Origin: Cellvibrio sp. UBA7661
GTDB taxonomy: Bacteria > Pseudomonadota > Gammaproteobacteria > Pseudomonadales > Cellvibrionaceae
Assembly (NCBI RefSeq): GCF_002483365.1
Contig: NZ_DLHT01000018.1
Coordinates: forward strand, 8,560 to 72,559
Reading direction: 5' to 3'
Length of the DNA stretch: 64,000 nucleotides
Shown here piece by piece: positions 27,772 to 36,700 of the stretch. Made by a program: the position numbers and the translations under genes. The notes under the pieces are model-generated. The model saw nothing but the letters and a program-made list of their open reading frames with translations, did not search any database and was not told the origin of the DNA. Each line of letters begins with the position of its first letter. Position 1 is the first letter of the stretch.

Positions 27772-29811
27772 ATGCCTCTAGTCATTAACACCAATGTCGC
27801 TTCCTTGAATTCACAGCGTCAATTGATGAGCTCAGGAAATGCGCTCGATCGGGCAAGCGAACGCTTGTCCTCTGGCCAACGTATTAACTCTGCGAAAGAC
27901 GATGCTGCGGGTCTGGCTATTTCCAACCGCATGACATCGCAAATCCGCGGTCTTGACCAAGCAATCCGCAATGCGAACGATGGTGTATCACTGATACAAA
28001 CTGCGGAAGGTGCCTTGCAGGAATCGACCAATATTTTGCAGCGTATGCGCGAACTGTCCATTCAGTCTGCGAACGGAATTTATTCCGATGCTGACCGCAA
28101 AACACTGGATGCGGAAGTACAGCAATTGATTCTGGAATTGGATCGTATTGCGACGTCTACATCCTTCAACGGCCAAAAATTATTGGATGGTTCGCTTGGA
28201 AAAGTGGATCTACAAGTCGGTTCCGATGCAGGCCAAACCATCACCATGAAAATCCCCGCAATGGATGCCAAAACCTTGGGTATGGGCTTTGTGGGTGTGG
28301 ATATGTTGGGTGGCGAGATTGATTTGGCTGCATTGCAAATCGACGAAAACGATATTCTCATTAATGGTCAATCTGTTGCTAAATCGCTGGAGAGTTTTGA
28401 TGGCTCCACCGAAACGATGGATAAATTGATTGAACTGATTAATAAAAATGTGTTGGGCATTAATGCTTCTACTTATGCTCAGGCAACGGCGACTGGCGCT
28501 GGTACAGGTGTACTGGAAAGTGGCCAAATATTTGAGATTGCGATTACCAAACTGGATGGCTCACAAACCACTATCCAGGTCACCAATACGCAAAACCTGG
28601 ATGAGTTGGTAGATAAAATTAACACTGAAAGTGGTGGCTTGTTGAGTGCCTCGGTTGGTGAGAACAGTAAGTTGAGTATTGCAGGTATTAATGTCGCAAG
28701 CTTTACGGTCACGGACGGAAGCGTGCCGGCCGGCTCTGCTGGCGGTAACATTGCAGGTACTTATTCTGGCCGCCTGGTGCTTGAATCAGAACATGGTGAT
28801 CCAATTACTATCACTCGTGGATCGACCGGTGACTTGGCGCAACTGGATGCTTTGGGCTTCCGTGAAAATACCAATCCGGGAAATATTGAGGGTATAGGAA
28901 TTGATACTCCCAATGTGGCCTGGAATGTGGGTGATCTCAGCATCAACGGTGTGATCATCTCCAATAAAAATACTGACTCTTTAGCGGGTAAAGTTGCGGC
29001 AATTAACGCTGCGCAAGAAGATACCGGCGTTACTGCTGAAGCATTTGTGTCTGCAACCCTGGATTTTTCTACCACCGATATATCAACCATCACTGGCACG
29101 TTTGAGCTGAATGGTGTCGTGATTGATATGGATGCTCCGGCAGCGGTTACCAGCGTTGCGGACATTGTGGCCAGATTTAATGCCGCTACCGATTCAACCG
29201 GTGTTTCAGCGAGCTTGCTAGGTACCCGTGTCGTTCTGGAAGGTTCTGCTTCATCGCTCACCTTCAGAGATGGTGCCGGTTCAGTAGCAACCGCATTGGG
29301 CGGGGCGTTGCTGGCTCATTCAGACTTCAACAACAACCCGGTGCCTGCCGCTGTTGCTGATGGCGATAGCGTGAATGGTGGTATCAAGCTGAGCAGTGAA
29401 AATGGTTCTCCTATTAGCGTGAAGTTGGGTGCTAATGCTGATCCTGATACCTTGGGGATTTTGGAATCCAACGTAACTGCCGAGGGAGCATTCGGTACCG
29501 CGATCGCCTCTATCAGTATTGATTCGGTCGAAGGTGCACAAAAAGCGTTGGGCGTTATTGATAACGCGTTGACTACGATCAACGATGCCCGTTCACAGTT
29601 GGGTGCGATCAACAACCGTTTGGACTTCACTATGTCCAACCTGGCAAACGTGTCTGAAAAGACATCGGCCTCGCGTTCGCGCATTGTGGATGCAGACTTT
29701 GCAGCAGAAACCGCTGCATTGAGCCGTGCGCAAGTCTTGCAACAGGCAGCCCAAGCGATGTTGGCGCAAGCCAATGCGCGCCCTGAGCAGGTATTGCAGT
29801 TACTCAGATAA
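27772..29811 (+). CDS. fliC: flagellin, copy 2 (679 aa)
   Basis: Collinear paralogue of copy 1 with near-identical termini ([18 protein letters not shown]..., ...[23 protein letters not shown]). The central region is diverged. Confidence 0.95.
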   Translation: MPLVINTNVASLNSQRQLMSSGNALDRASERLSSGQRINSAKDDAAGLAISNRMTSQIRGLDQAIRNANDGVSLIQTAEGALQESTNILQRMRELSIQSANGIYSDADRKTLDAEVQQLILELDRIATSTSFNGQKLLDGSLGKVDLQVGSDAGQTITMKIPAMDAKTLGMGFVGVDMLGGEIDLAALQIDENDILINGQSVAKSLESFDGSTETMDKLIELINKNVLGINASTYAQATATGAGTGVLESGQIFEIAITKLDGSQTTIQVTNTQNLDELVDKINTESGGLLSASVGENSKLSIAGINVASFTVTDGSVPAGSAGGNIAGTYSGRLVLESEHGDPITITRGSTGDLAQLDALGFRENTNPGNIEGIGIDTPNVAWNVGDLSINGVIISNKNTDSLAGKVAAINAAQEDTGVTAEAFVSATLDFSTTDISTITGTFELNGVVIDMDAPAAVTSVADIVARFNAATDSTGVSASLLGTRVVLEGSASSLTFRDGAGSVATALGGALLAHSDFNNNPVPAAVADGDSVNGGIKLSSENGSPISVKLGANADPDTLGILESNVTAEGAFGTAIASISIDSVEGAQKALGVIDNALTTINDARSQLGAINNRLDFTMSNLANVSEKTSASRSRIVDADFAAETAALSRAQVLQQAAQAMLAQANARPEQVLQLLR

Positions 29812-29855
29812 GTTGGGTTTTCGATACATAGAAAACGACAACGCCTTCCGGCACA

Positions 29856-29891
29856 TAAAAAACCGTCGCAACTTGTTGCGACGGTTTTTTT
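29856..29891 (+). terminator. rho-independent terminator after fliC2
   Basis: AAAAAACCGTCGCAAC-ttg-TTGCGACGGTTTTTTT is a perfect long stem with a U-tract. Confidence 0.9.
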
Positions 29892-29960
29892 ATGGCTTTT
29901 TTCAGCCAGTTTCAAGTAGCTCGGCTAGTCTTAAGAAAGTGAAAAACCGGATTCCATTGC

Positions 29961-32618
29961 ATGATCACAATTAGGCGTATGCCAGCAGCACTGTGGGTGT
30001 TGCGTATTCTTTTACTGGCGCTGGTGTATTTCATTGCCGGACGTTTGTCGTTGCTTTTAGCCATTCCTCCTGGTTTTGTCACCGGATTGTTTCTCCCCTT
30101 GGGCATTGCGTTAGGTGCTGTGCTGATTTGGGGATATTCAATGGGAGTTGGGGTTTTCCTTGGCTCTTTGTTACTTAATATTTCTGTCAGCAATGCCCCT
30201 GACTTGTCCGGGCCGACTGTTTTACTTGCGGCTGAAATTGCCAGTGGCAGTGTGCTGGCAAGTCTTGCTGGCCGTGCGCTGATCCGCCGTTTTGTGGGAT
30301 TCCCTGATAGCTTGACCGATGAGCGGAAAATTTTTGCGTTTTTTGCGTTCGGAGGACCTGTTGCTACCAGTCTGAGTGCAAGTGTAGGTGTATTGGCATT
30401 GTGGGTTAATGATGTCATCCAAACCAAACAAATACTTCACAGTTGGTGGACATGGTGGGTGGGCGACACCATTGGTGTATTAATCGCTACACCACTGATG
30501 TGTGTATTGTTTGCGGAGCCGCAACATTTTTGGCGGGGCAGGCGCCTTACTGTAGGTGTGCCGCTGGTTGTGAGTAGTTTGATCGTGGTTGCAGTGTTTG
30601 TTATGTCGAGTAATAACGAACACAAAAAACTTGCAGATCAATTTCAACAACAGGCACGTTTGGTTGATGATACGGTTCAATCCAGCATGTCGGGTGTTGT
30701 TTATACATTAGCGACATTGCGCGGATTATTTTCAGCCTCAGAAGAGGTTACCCGTGAAGAGTTTTCAGCATTTATCAATGATGTGCTTGTCGATAAACAG
30801 GGGGTATCTGGATTCTCATGGAACCTGCGAGTGATGCATCGCGATCGTATTGCGTTTGAAAATAAAATGCGCGCTGAAGGCATGAAAAATTTTTATGTTA
30901 ATGAGAAAAGTGCAAGTGATGCCTTCATTATTGCGCCTGAACAGGAAGAATACGTTGTTATTACTTATATAGAACCATGGACAGAAAATGCGTCTATTTT
31001 AGGTTTTAATGTGGCGTCTGATCCCACTCGCGCAATTACCGTCAACCGTGCACGGGATAGTGGCTCATATGCAATGACACAGCCAGTACAGTTGCTACAA
31101 GATGTTCAGCTATCACCCGGTGTGATTGTGTATTTTCCTGTGTACGACATCATCAAGCGTTTGGATACAGTAGCTGAACGTAGGGAGCATATCCTTGGTT
31201 ATGCAACGGCGATTGTGCGCATTCATGATTTAATTAATTCGACATTGACTCCATTTTCATCGGGTGATTTTCATCTTGATATGGTCGATGTAACAGAGCC
31301 TGATAAACCACACATATTTTATCGTGTAGGTGAAGCCCATGTTCCGCCTTATGCACAGGAGTTTATCTATCGGAAAAACATCGCTCTTGGGGGAAGAATA
31401 CTGCAGCTGACGATTAGTCCAACAGAAAAATTTTTAAATGAGCATGTCAGTTTACAATCCTGGTTTGTGTTGGCTGGGGGGTTGTTATTTTGTAGTTTGT
31501 TGGGTGGTTTCTTATTGCTGATTAGCGGCAGAACACAGCACATTACCAATTTGGTAGAGCAGCGCACTAAAGAGCTGGCTGCTATTTTAGAGAATGCGGT
31601 CGAATCTATTTTAGTGGCGGATGAGCACGGCATTATTCAAAAGGCAAATCAGGCGGCAGCAAAACTATTTCAATATCCTCTGGAGCAATTTACCAGCTTG
31701 CATATTGCGGATCTCATTCCGATGTTAGGCGATGCATTTGCATCTACTAATACACAAGCAATAGCAAGCGAATTACGTGAAAGCTTCGGACGTTGTAGCA
31801 ACGGCAAAGAAGTGGCGATTGAATTGAGTGTTAGTCCTGTAGACATTCACGATCGTCAATTTTTTACTTTTATCATTCATGATGCGACTGAGCGGCGAAA
31901 AGTAGAGCGATTAAAAAGTGAATTTATTTCCACGGTCAGCCATGAATTGCGTACACCGCTAACCTCGATTAAGGGCGCTTTAAGTATTGTCACCAGTGGC
32001 ACCATGGGCGAGTTGCCCAGCAACATAAATAATTTATTGGGAATTGCGAGTAGTAATGCGGAAAGGTTATCCCGTTTGGTGAACGATATTCTGGATATCG
32101 AAAAATTGGAATTCGGTAATGTGCAATTAACCCTCAAGCCACACAGGGTGTATCCACTGCTACAACAGTCGATTGAACAAAATTTTGGTTACGGAGCACG
32201 CTACGGGGTGAAGTTACAGTTAGATGTACCTTCGGAGTCAGCTATGACTGCAGTAGCCAATATGGATGCAGATCGGTTCTTGCAAATCATGGCTAATCTG
32301 ATCTCCAATGCGGTGAAGTTTTCTTTTCTGGACGGTGTCGTGAAGATTGTTTTGGCCACTGAGGGAGAGAAAATAAGAATCTCTGTTATCGATGAAGGGC
32401 AGGGTATGGCTGATGATTTTCGTCAGCATGTTTTCAAAAAATTTGCCCAGGCTGATTCGTCAAATACCCGGCGGCGCGATGGTACCGGGTTGGGGTTAAG
32501 TATTACCAAGGTTATGATTGAACGAATGGGTGGGAAAATTGATTACCGTTCTGCTTTAGGTAAAGGAACCACATTTTTCTTTACTTTGCCTCTGCATGTA
32601 GGCGATGTAGGCGAATAG
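29961..32618 (+). CDS. sensor histidine kinase with MASE1, CHASE, PAS, HisKA and HATPase domains
   Basis: 885 aa. The domains, in order, are: a multi-TM MASE1-like N-terminus (LVYFIAGRLSLLLAIPPGFVTGLFLPLGIALGAV); a CHASE-like extracytoplasmic domain (ITYIEPWTENASILGFNVASDP...YFPVY); a PAS domain; the H box STVSHELRTPLTSI; and the N, G1 and G2 boxes (NLISNAVKF, DEGQGM, GTGLGLSI). Confidence 0.85.
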   Translation: MITIRRMPAALWVLRILLLALVYFIAGRLSLLLAIPPGFVTGLFLPLGIALGAVLIWGYSMGVGVFLGSLLLNISVSNAPDLSGPTVLLAAEIASGSVLASLAGRALIRRFVGFPDSLTDERKIFAFFAFGGPVATSLSASVGVLALWVNDVIQTKQILHSWWTWWVGDTIGVLIATPLMCVLFAEPQHFWRGRRLTVGVPLVVSSLIVVAVFVMSSNNEHKKLADQFQQQARLVDDTVQSSMSGVVYTLATLRGLFSASEEVTREEFSAFINDVLVDKQGVSGFSWNLRVMHRDRIAFENKMRAEGMKNFYVNEKSASDAFIIAPEQEEYVVITYIEPWTENASILGFNVASDPTRAITVNRARDSGSYAMTQPVQLLQDVQLSPGVIVYFPVYDIIKRLDTVAERREHILGYATAIVRIHDLINSTLTPFSSGDFHLDMVDVTEPDKPHIFYRVGEAHVPPYAQEFIYRKNIALGGRILQLTISPTEKFLNEHVSLQSWFVLAGGLLFCSLLGGFLLLISGRTQHITNLVEQRTKELAAILENAVESILVADEHGIIQKANQAAAKLFQYPLEQFTSLHIADLIPMLGDAFASTNTQAIASELRESFGRCSNGKEVAIELSVSPVDIHDRQFFTFIIHDATERRKVERLKSEFISTVSHELRTPLTSIKGALSIVTSGTMGELPSNINNLLGIASSNAERLSRLVNDILDIEKLEFGNVQLTLKPHRVYPLLQQSIEQNFGYGARYGVKLQLDVPSESAMTAVANMDADRFLQIMANLISNAVKFSFLDGVVKIVLATEGEKIRISVIDEGQGMADDFRQHVFKKFAQADSSNTRRRDGTGLGLSITKVMIERMGGKIDYRSALGKGTTFFFTLPLHVGDVGE

Positions 32619-32721
32619 CCTGATTCAGAGAGCCTTGCAGCATAAAAGGTACATGAATTGGCGTAGTTTGTGCTCTATTGGATATAAGGGAAATCTTTCC
32701 TTAAAAAGCGGCAAAACCGGC

Positions 32722-32748
32722 TAAAGTTTGCCCGTGCGCTGCCGCTAA
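32722..32748 (+). promoter_or_regulatory. sigma-28 (FliA) promoter of fliD
   Basis: TAAAGTTT-N11-GCCGCTAA is a near-perfect consensus match, 38 nt upstream of the fliD ATG. Confidence 0.75.
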
Positions 32749-32785
32749 CTTATGGCAAGCGGTAATTTTTGGCGTGGAGGTACCT

Positions 32786-34846
32786 ATGGTGAACAGTACA
32801 TCGAGCACAACCAACAACAATGGCGCGACAGGCTCCAGCATTATCAGTGCTCTGGGGACCGGTTCGGGCATTGACTCGAATAAGCTGGCTGACCAGTTGA
32901 CCGAAACTGCCCATATCGTGCAGACCAACAGGCTGACCTCCAAGAAAACCTTATTGGAAACCCAAATTTCCGATTACGGCCTGCTGCGTAGCTCTCTATC
33001 CAAACTTGAAACCGCTGCCGCCGCTTTGGGGAGCTCCGATACATTTAACGCCAAATCCTTATCGGTGCCCGATACCAATCTCCTCAGTATTACCAAGCTT
33101 GATGCGAAAGCCGCTGCGGGTGGTTATCAAATCAAAGTCGAGCAAACTGCACAGTCCCAATCGCTAAGTTCCGGTACTTTCAGCTCCATGACTGACCCTA
33201 TCGGTAAAGGTACCTTGGTCATCCGTTTGGGTGAATGGAATGCAGGTTTAAATGATTTTGAAGTTGATGCCAGCAAGAGTGCCGGTGGAACAATCACCAT
33301 TGATGACGGCAACAACTCCCTGATTGGCCTGCGTGATGCAATTAACAAAGCGAACTTTGGTGTCGCTGCAAGTATTGTGAGCGATGGTGGCTCTTACAAA
33401 CTGTTACTGACGTCCAAATCGGGTGCCAAAAATGAAATAGAAATCACCGCAACAGAAGATCCGGGTGCACTTGGCCTTGCAAGTTTTGATTTTAATGAAA
33501 CCACGCGTAATTTGACCCAACAACAAGAAGGGTTGGATGCAAAAGTGCGTGTGAATGGCTTATTGGTAAGCCGCGAATCCAACCAAATCAAAGATGTTGT
33601 TGATGGGTTGGAGTTTGATTTATTTGGTGCTTCGCTGACTGAAACTATCAGTATTTCGATTAATGAAGACAAATCTGTTGCAGAAAAAACCATTCGTGAT
33701 TTTGTAACGGCATACAACACGTTTAAAACAGAAGTTGAAAAATTAGTGGGTTTTGATGCAGAGCTGAAAGATTACGGCAGTTTGAAAACCGATCCTCTCG
33801 CAAAAAATTTGATGCAAGGTATCCGCAATTTTCTCTCCAGTTCGATCCCGGGTTTAAGCGATGGTTTTACTGCGCTTTCCAGTCTGGGTATCCGCACCGA
33901 GAGAGATGGCTCACTGAAAATTGTTGAAAATGAAGAAAATACAGGTTTTCGCGCAGCAATCGATACCCATTTCGATAAGGTGCGGGATTTGTTTGTGCCC
34001 AAGGTATCGGCATCCGTAACCAATATTGAAGTTTCCAAATACACAGCGCAAAGTAAACCTGGCACCTATGATGTTGTGATTACCCAGCAACCTTCAAAAG
34101 GAAAACTGACCGGTGCAGCAATAGGTGTCGCCTTTCCGCTAGACACTACCGGAAAGGATTACAACTTCAAACTTAAATTGGATGGCATTGAAACGGGCTT
34201 GATTACTTTGCCCGCCGGAAAAACTTATACAACTGAAGGTGAGTTGGCTGCTGAAATCCAAAGTTTGATCAATTTGGACACTAATTTAAAAACAGTGAAG
34301 TCAACGCTTGCGGTGAGTATTGAAGCAGGAAAGTTGGTGTTTACCTCTAATTCTTACGGCAGCTCCAGTAAAGTGGAATTTACAGCGATATCAACTGATA
34401 TGGCGGATTTGGGAATTAGTCTTGGTGCAGGTGTGTCGGGCACCGATGTTGGTGGAACTGTGGCCGGAAGAGCTGCGTTTGGTTATGGCAATGTGTTGCT
34501 GCCTGCATTGGGGACTGATGCAGAAGGCTTGAGCATGACAATTCAACCAGGTGCAACGGGCGGCACGGTTACATTTTCGCGCGGTTTTGCTGGTGGTTTA
34601 ACCAACATTGTGAATGATTACCTTAAATCTTCCGGTGTCATTAAAGAGCGCGAAGAGAATATCAGCAAAGAAATTAAAGGTGTCGAGGAAGATCAAACTG
34701 ATTTGACTCGTCGCAGTGATGCCTATAGAGCGCGCTTGATGGCGCAGTTCCAGGCAATGGAAAGCATTGTCCGCTCACTCAACTCTACTGGTGATTTTTT
34801 GGATGGTATTCTCGATCGCTTACCTTTCACAGCCAAAAATAGTTAA
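32786..34846 (+). CDS. fliD: flagellar filament cap protein FliD, enlarged (about 686 aa)
   Basis: The ATG at 32786 sits 5 nt after a GGAGG SD. FliD N-terminal (GSGIDSNKLADQL...QISDYGLLRSSLSKL) and C-terminal (YRARLMAQFQAMESIVRSLNSTGDFL) motifs are present. Confidence 0.9.
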   Translation: MVNSTSSTTNNNGATGSSIISALGTGSGIDSNKLADQLTETAHIVQTNRLTSKKTLLETQISDYGLLRSSLSKLETAAAALGSSDTFNAKSLSVPDTNLLSITKLDAKAAAGGYQIKVEQTAQSQSLSSGTFSSMTDPIGKGTLVIRLGEWNAGLNDFEVDASKSAGGTITIDDGNNSLIGLRDAINKANFGVAASIVSDGGSYKLLLTSKSGAKNEIEITATEDPGALGLASFDFNETTRNLTQQQEGLDAKVRVNGLLVSRESNQIKDVVDGLEFDLFGASLTETISISINEDKSVAEKTIRDFVTAYNTFKTEVEKLVGFDAELKDYGSLKTDPLAKNLMQGIRNFLSSSIPGLSDGFTALSSLGIRTERDGSLKIVENEENTGFRAAIDTHFDKVRDLFVPKVSASVTNIEVSKYTAQSKPGTYDVVITQQPSKGKLTGAAIGVAFPLDTTGKDYNFKLKLDGIETGLITLPAGKTYTTEGELAAEIQSLINLDTNLKTVKSTLAVSIEAGKLVFTSNSYGSSSKVEFTAISTDMADLGISLGAGVSGTDVGGTVAGRAAFGYGNVLLPALGTDAEGLSMTIQPGATGGTVTFSRGFAGGLTNIVNDYLKSSGVIKEREENISKEIKGVEEDQTDLTRRSDAYRARLMAQFQAMESIVRSLNSTGDFLDGILDRLPFTAKNS

Positions 34847-34877
34847 TTCGCAGAATTAGCCGTGCGCGATTTTTCAC

Positions 34878-34908
34878 TCAGGTGCGCAGCCTGTTCGCGC
34901 ACCTGACA
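34878..34908 (+). terminator. stem-loop/terminator after fliD
   Basis: TCAGGTGCGC-loop-GCGCACCTGA, with a T-rich tract a few nt downstream. Confidence 0.55.
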
Positions 34909-35051
34909 TTCATGTATTTCCCCGTTTTTTTTGATTCCTTATTGTTCTTTGCTGAATCTTGATCTTTGAATCATAGTTTGCGGTATACCTATTCTTTAGC
35001 TATTTGATGAATAAGCCATTTCATAATTAACAATCAACGGGTGGGTAGCTT

Positions 35052-35741
35052 ATGTCAAAGGTATTTGCACTTATTCCTGCGCGTGGTCGATCCAAGAGCC
35101 TCTGGCAAAAAAATATTGCTCCTGTACTGGAGCAACCCCTTATCGCCTATAGCATTCAAGCAGCCCATGATTCAGAAGTGATCGATGCAATTTTTGTCTC
35201 GTCTGATGATGACCAGATCCTGTCAGTTGCGCATTACTACAATGCGGAGCGATTTAAACGCGATCCGCATCTGGCAAAAGATGAATCAACCATAGATGCT
35301 GTCGTGGCAGAATTTATCCATCGCATGAAGCTGGCGGGTAAAGACATTGTTATTTTATTGAAACCTACATCACCACTGCGTACAGCAAGGCATATCCGTG
35401 AAGCACTTGCAGAGTTTAATGATTTTCCTACCTGCCAGAACCTAATCAGTGTTTATGAAATTAATAATGCGTACATGAGAGCCTATGTTGGCGGTGGGGA
35501 ATTTTTACATCCTCTGGCTGGTGAGCATTCATCTTATTATTGTAGAAAGGATTTGCCATCGCTTTACATGCCCAATGGTGCAATTTACATTTTCAAAGTT
35601 GATGACTTTATGCGTGAGGAAAAAATTCCGCTCACGCATATTGTTCCATACTTGATGCCAGCGTCTGACAGTATTGAGGTATGTAGCGTGAACGATCTAC
35701 AGCTTGTGGAGAACCGTTTGCGCGAAAGAATCAATTCCTGA
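35052..35741 (+). CDS. acylneuraminate (nonulosonate) cytidylyltransferase-family protein
   Basis: 229 aa. IPARGRSKSLWQKN matches the IPARGGSKG.P.KN motif of the CMP-NeuAc/CMP-pseudaminate/legionaminate synthetase family, and LKPTSPLR is also conserved. Confidence 0.7.
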   Translation: MSKVFALIPARGRSKSLWQKNIAPVLEQPLIAYSIQAAHDSEVIDAIFVSSDDDQILSVAHYYNAERFKRDPHLAKDESTIDAVVAEFIHRMKLAGKDIVILLKPTSPLRTARHIREALAEFNDFPTCQNLISVYEINNAYMRAYVGGGEFLHPLAGEHSSYYCRKDLPSLYMPNGAIYIFKVDDFMREEKIPLTHIVPYLMPASDSIEVCSVNDLQLVENRLRERINS

Positions 35742-35751
35742 ACTGAATGGC

Positions 35752-36498
35752 TTAAGGGGATTTTTTCAGTTCTTCTGCTTCCTTTTTTAACGCTTCTTCA
35801 AATTCACGTTGTTCCTGTTCAAGTTTACGTTGCTCTTTATCCGCGTCAGGCACTAACGGGGTTAATTGTTCTTGTGCTTTTTTCTGCGCATTCTCTTTTG
35901 CTTCATTCACCGTGGCATCGACTTTTTGATTGACCTTCTCCGCTACCGCCTCTACAGGGTTGTTAATAATATCCTGAACATTTTCCAACGCTTTTTGTTT
36001 TTCCTCGACGACTTTTTTGGCCGCCTGTGCTTTGTCGTAAGCGCGTTGTAGTTCTTGTGGTAGCACTGGTGTAAGTTTCTCTTTTGCTCCTTCAATCTGT
36101 TCAGAGAATATTTCGGGAGTGCCATCTTTAATCAACATAACTGCCATTTGGTTGGTGTCCGCATTCCAGACCATAGCCGCTTTGTCGGTTATAGCTTTTG
36201 CTTGCGGTGGTGCATAGCGGGATGCCACATAAAACAGAGCGCCTTCCTGTTGAATCTCCTGGGCGGTGCGTAGCAGCTTCATGGTGGGCTCATACTTATC
36301 GCCCAATAATGCTGTCATCCGATCCTTAATGATGGGGGCTTCAAAAAAGTTGACTTCATTCGGGTCAAATCCCACCAAGGGTTTTAGGAATGACCACATG
36401 AGCTTGCTTTGCAATTGATTGCCGATTAACAGTGAGGACACGCAAGCCGAAAGAAACAGGCAAATACACATAATAGAGAGTGGTTTGATCAAGCGCAT
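35752..36498 (-). CDS. hypothetical lipoprotein with K/E-rich coiled-coil tail
   Basis: 248 aa. Signal peptide plus lipobox (LFLSAC). The C-terminal 90 aa are highly charged and helical. No family was recognised. Confidence 0.5.
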   Translation of the reverse strand: MRLIKPLSIMCICLFLSACVSSLLIGNQLQSKLMWSFLKPLVGFDPNEVNFFEAPIIKDRMTALLGDKYEPTMKLLRTAQEIQQEGALFYVASRYAPPQAKAITDKAAMVWNADTNQMAVMLIKDGTPEIFSEQIEGAKEKLTPVLPQELQRAYDKAQAAKKVVEEKQKALENVQDIINNPVEAVAEKVNQKVDATVNEAKENAQKKAQEQLTPLVPDADKEQRKLEQEQREFEEALKKEAEELKKSP

Positions 36499-36700
36499 AA
36501 AGAATCCGTTGAATCAGTCAGTAGAATTAGTGCGGCAGTGTACGCAATGGGCGATATAACGTACATAAGCTGTTTTTAGGCCGGGTTGGTTGTTTACTGT
36601 GCTATTGCAGTTACGCCCACAGTTACTTCCGTAAATAACCTCAAATTATGCAAGGTTATTTGCTATATTTTGATTTTCTTTCATACACAAGGAAAGCGTC

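Noticed and set aside
24845-29811. Repeated sequence blocks in the flagellin region, considered as a possible CRISPR-like or tandem-repeat array.
   Set aside because: The repeats are the conserved 5' and 3' coding ends of two paralogous flagellin genes, about 2.9 kb apart. They are not short, regularly spaced direct repeats, and nowhere in the window are there cas genes or spacer-like units.
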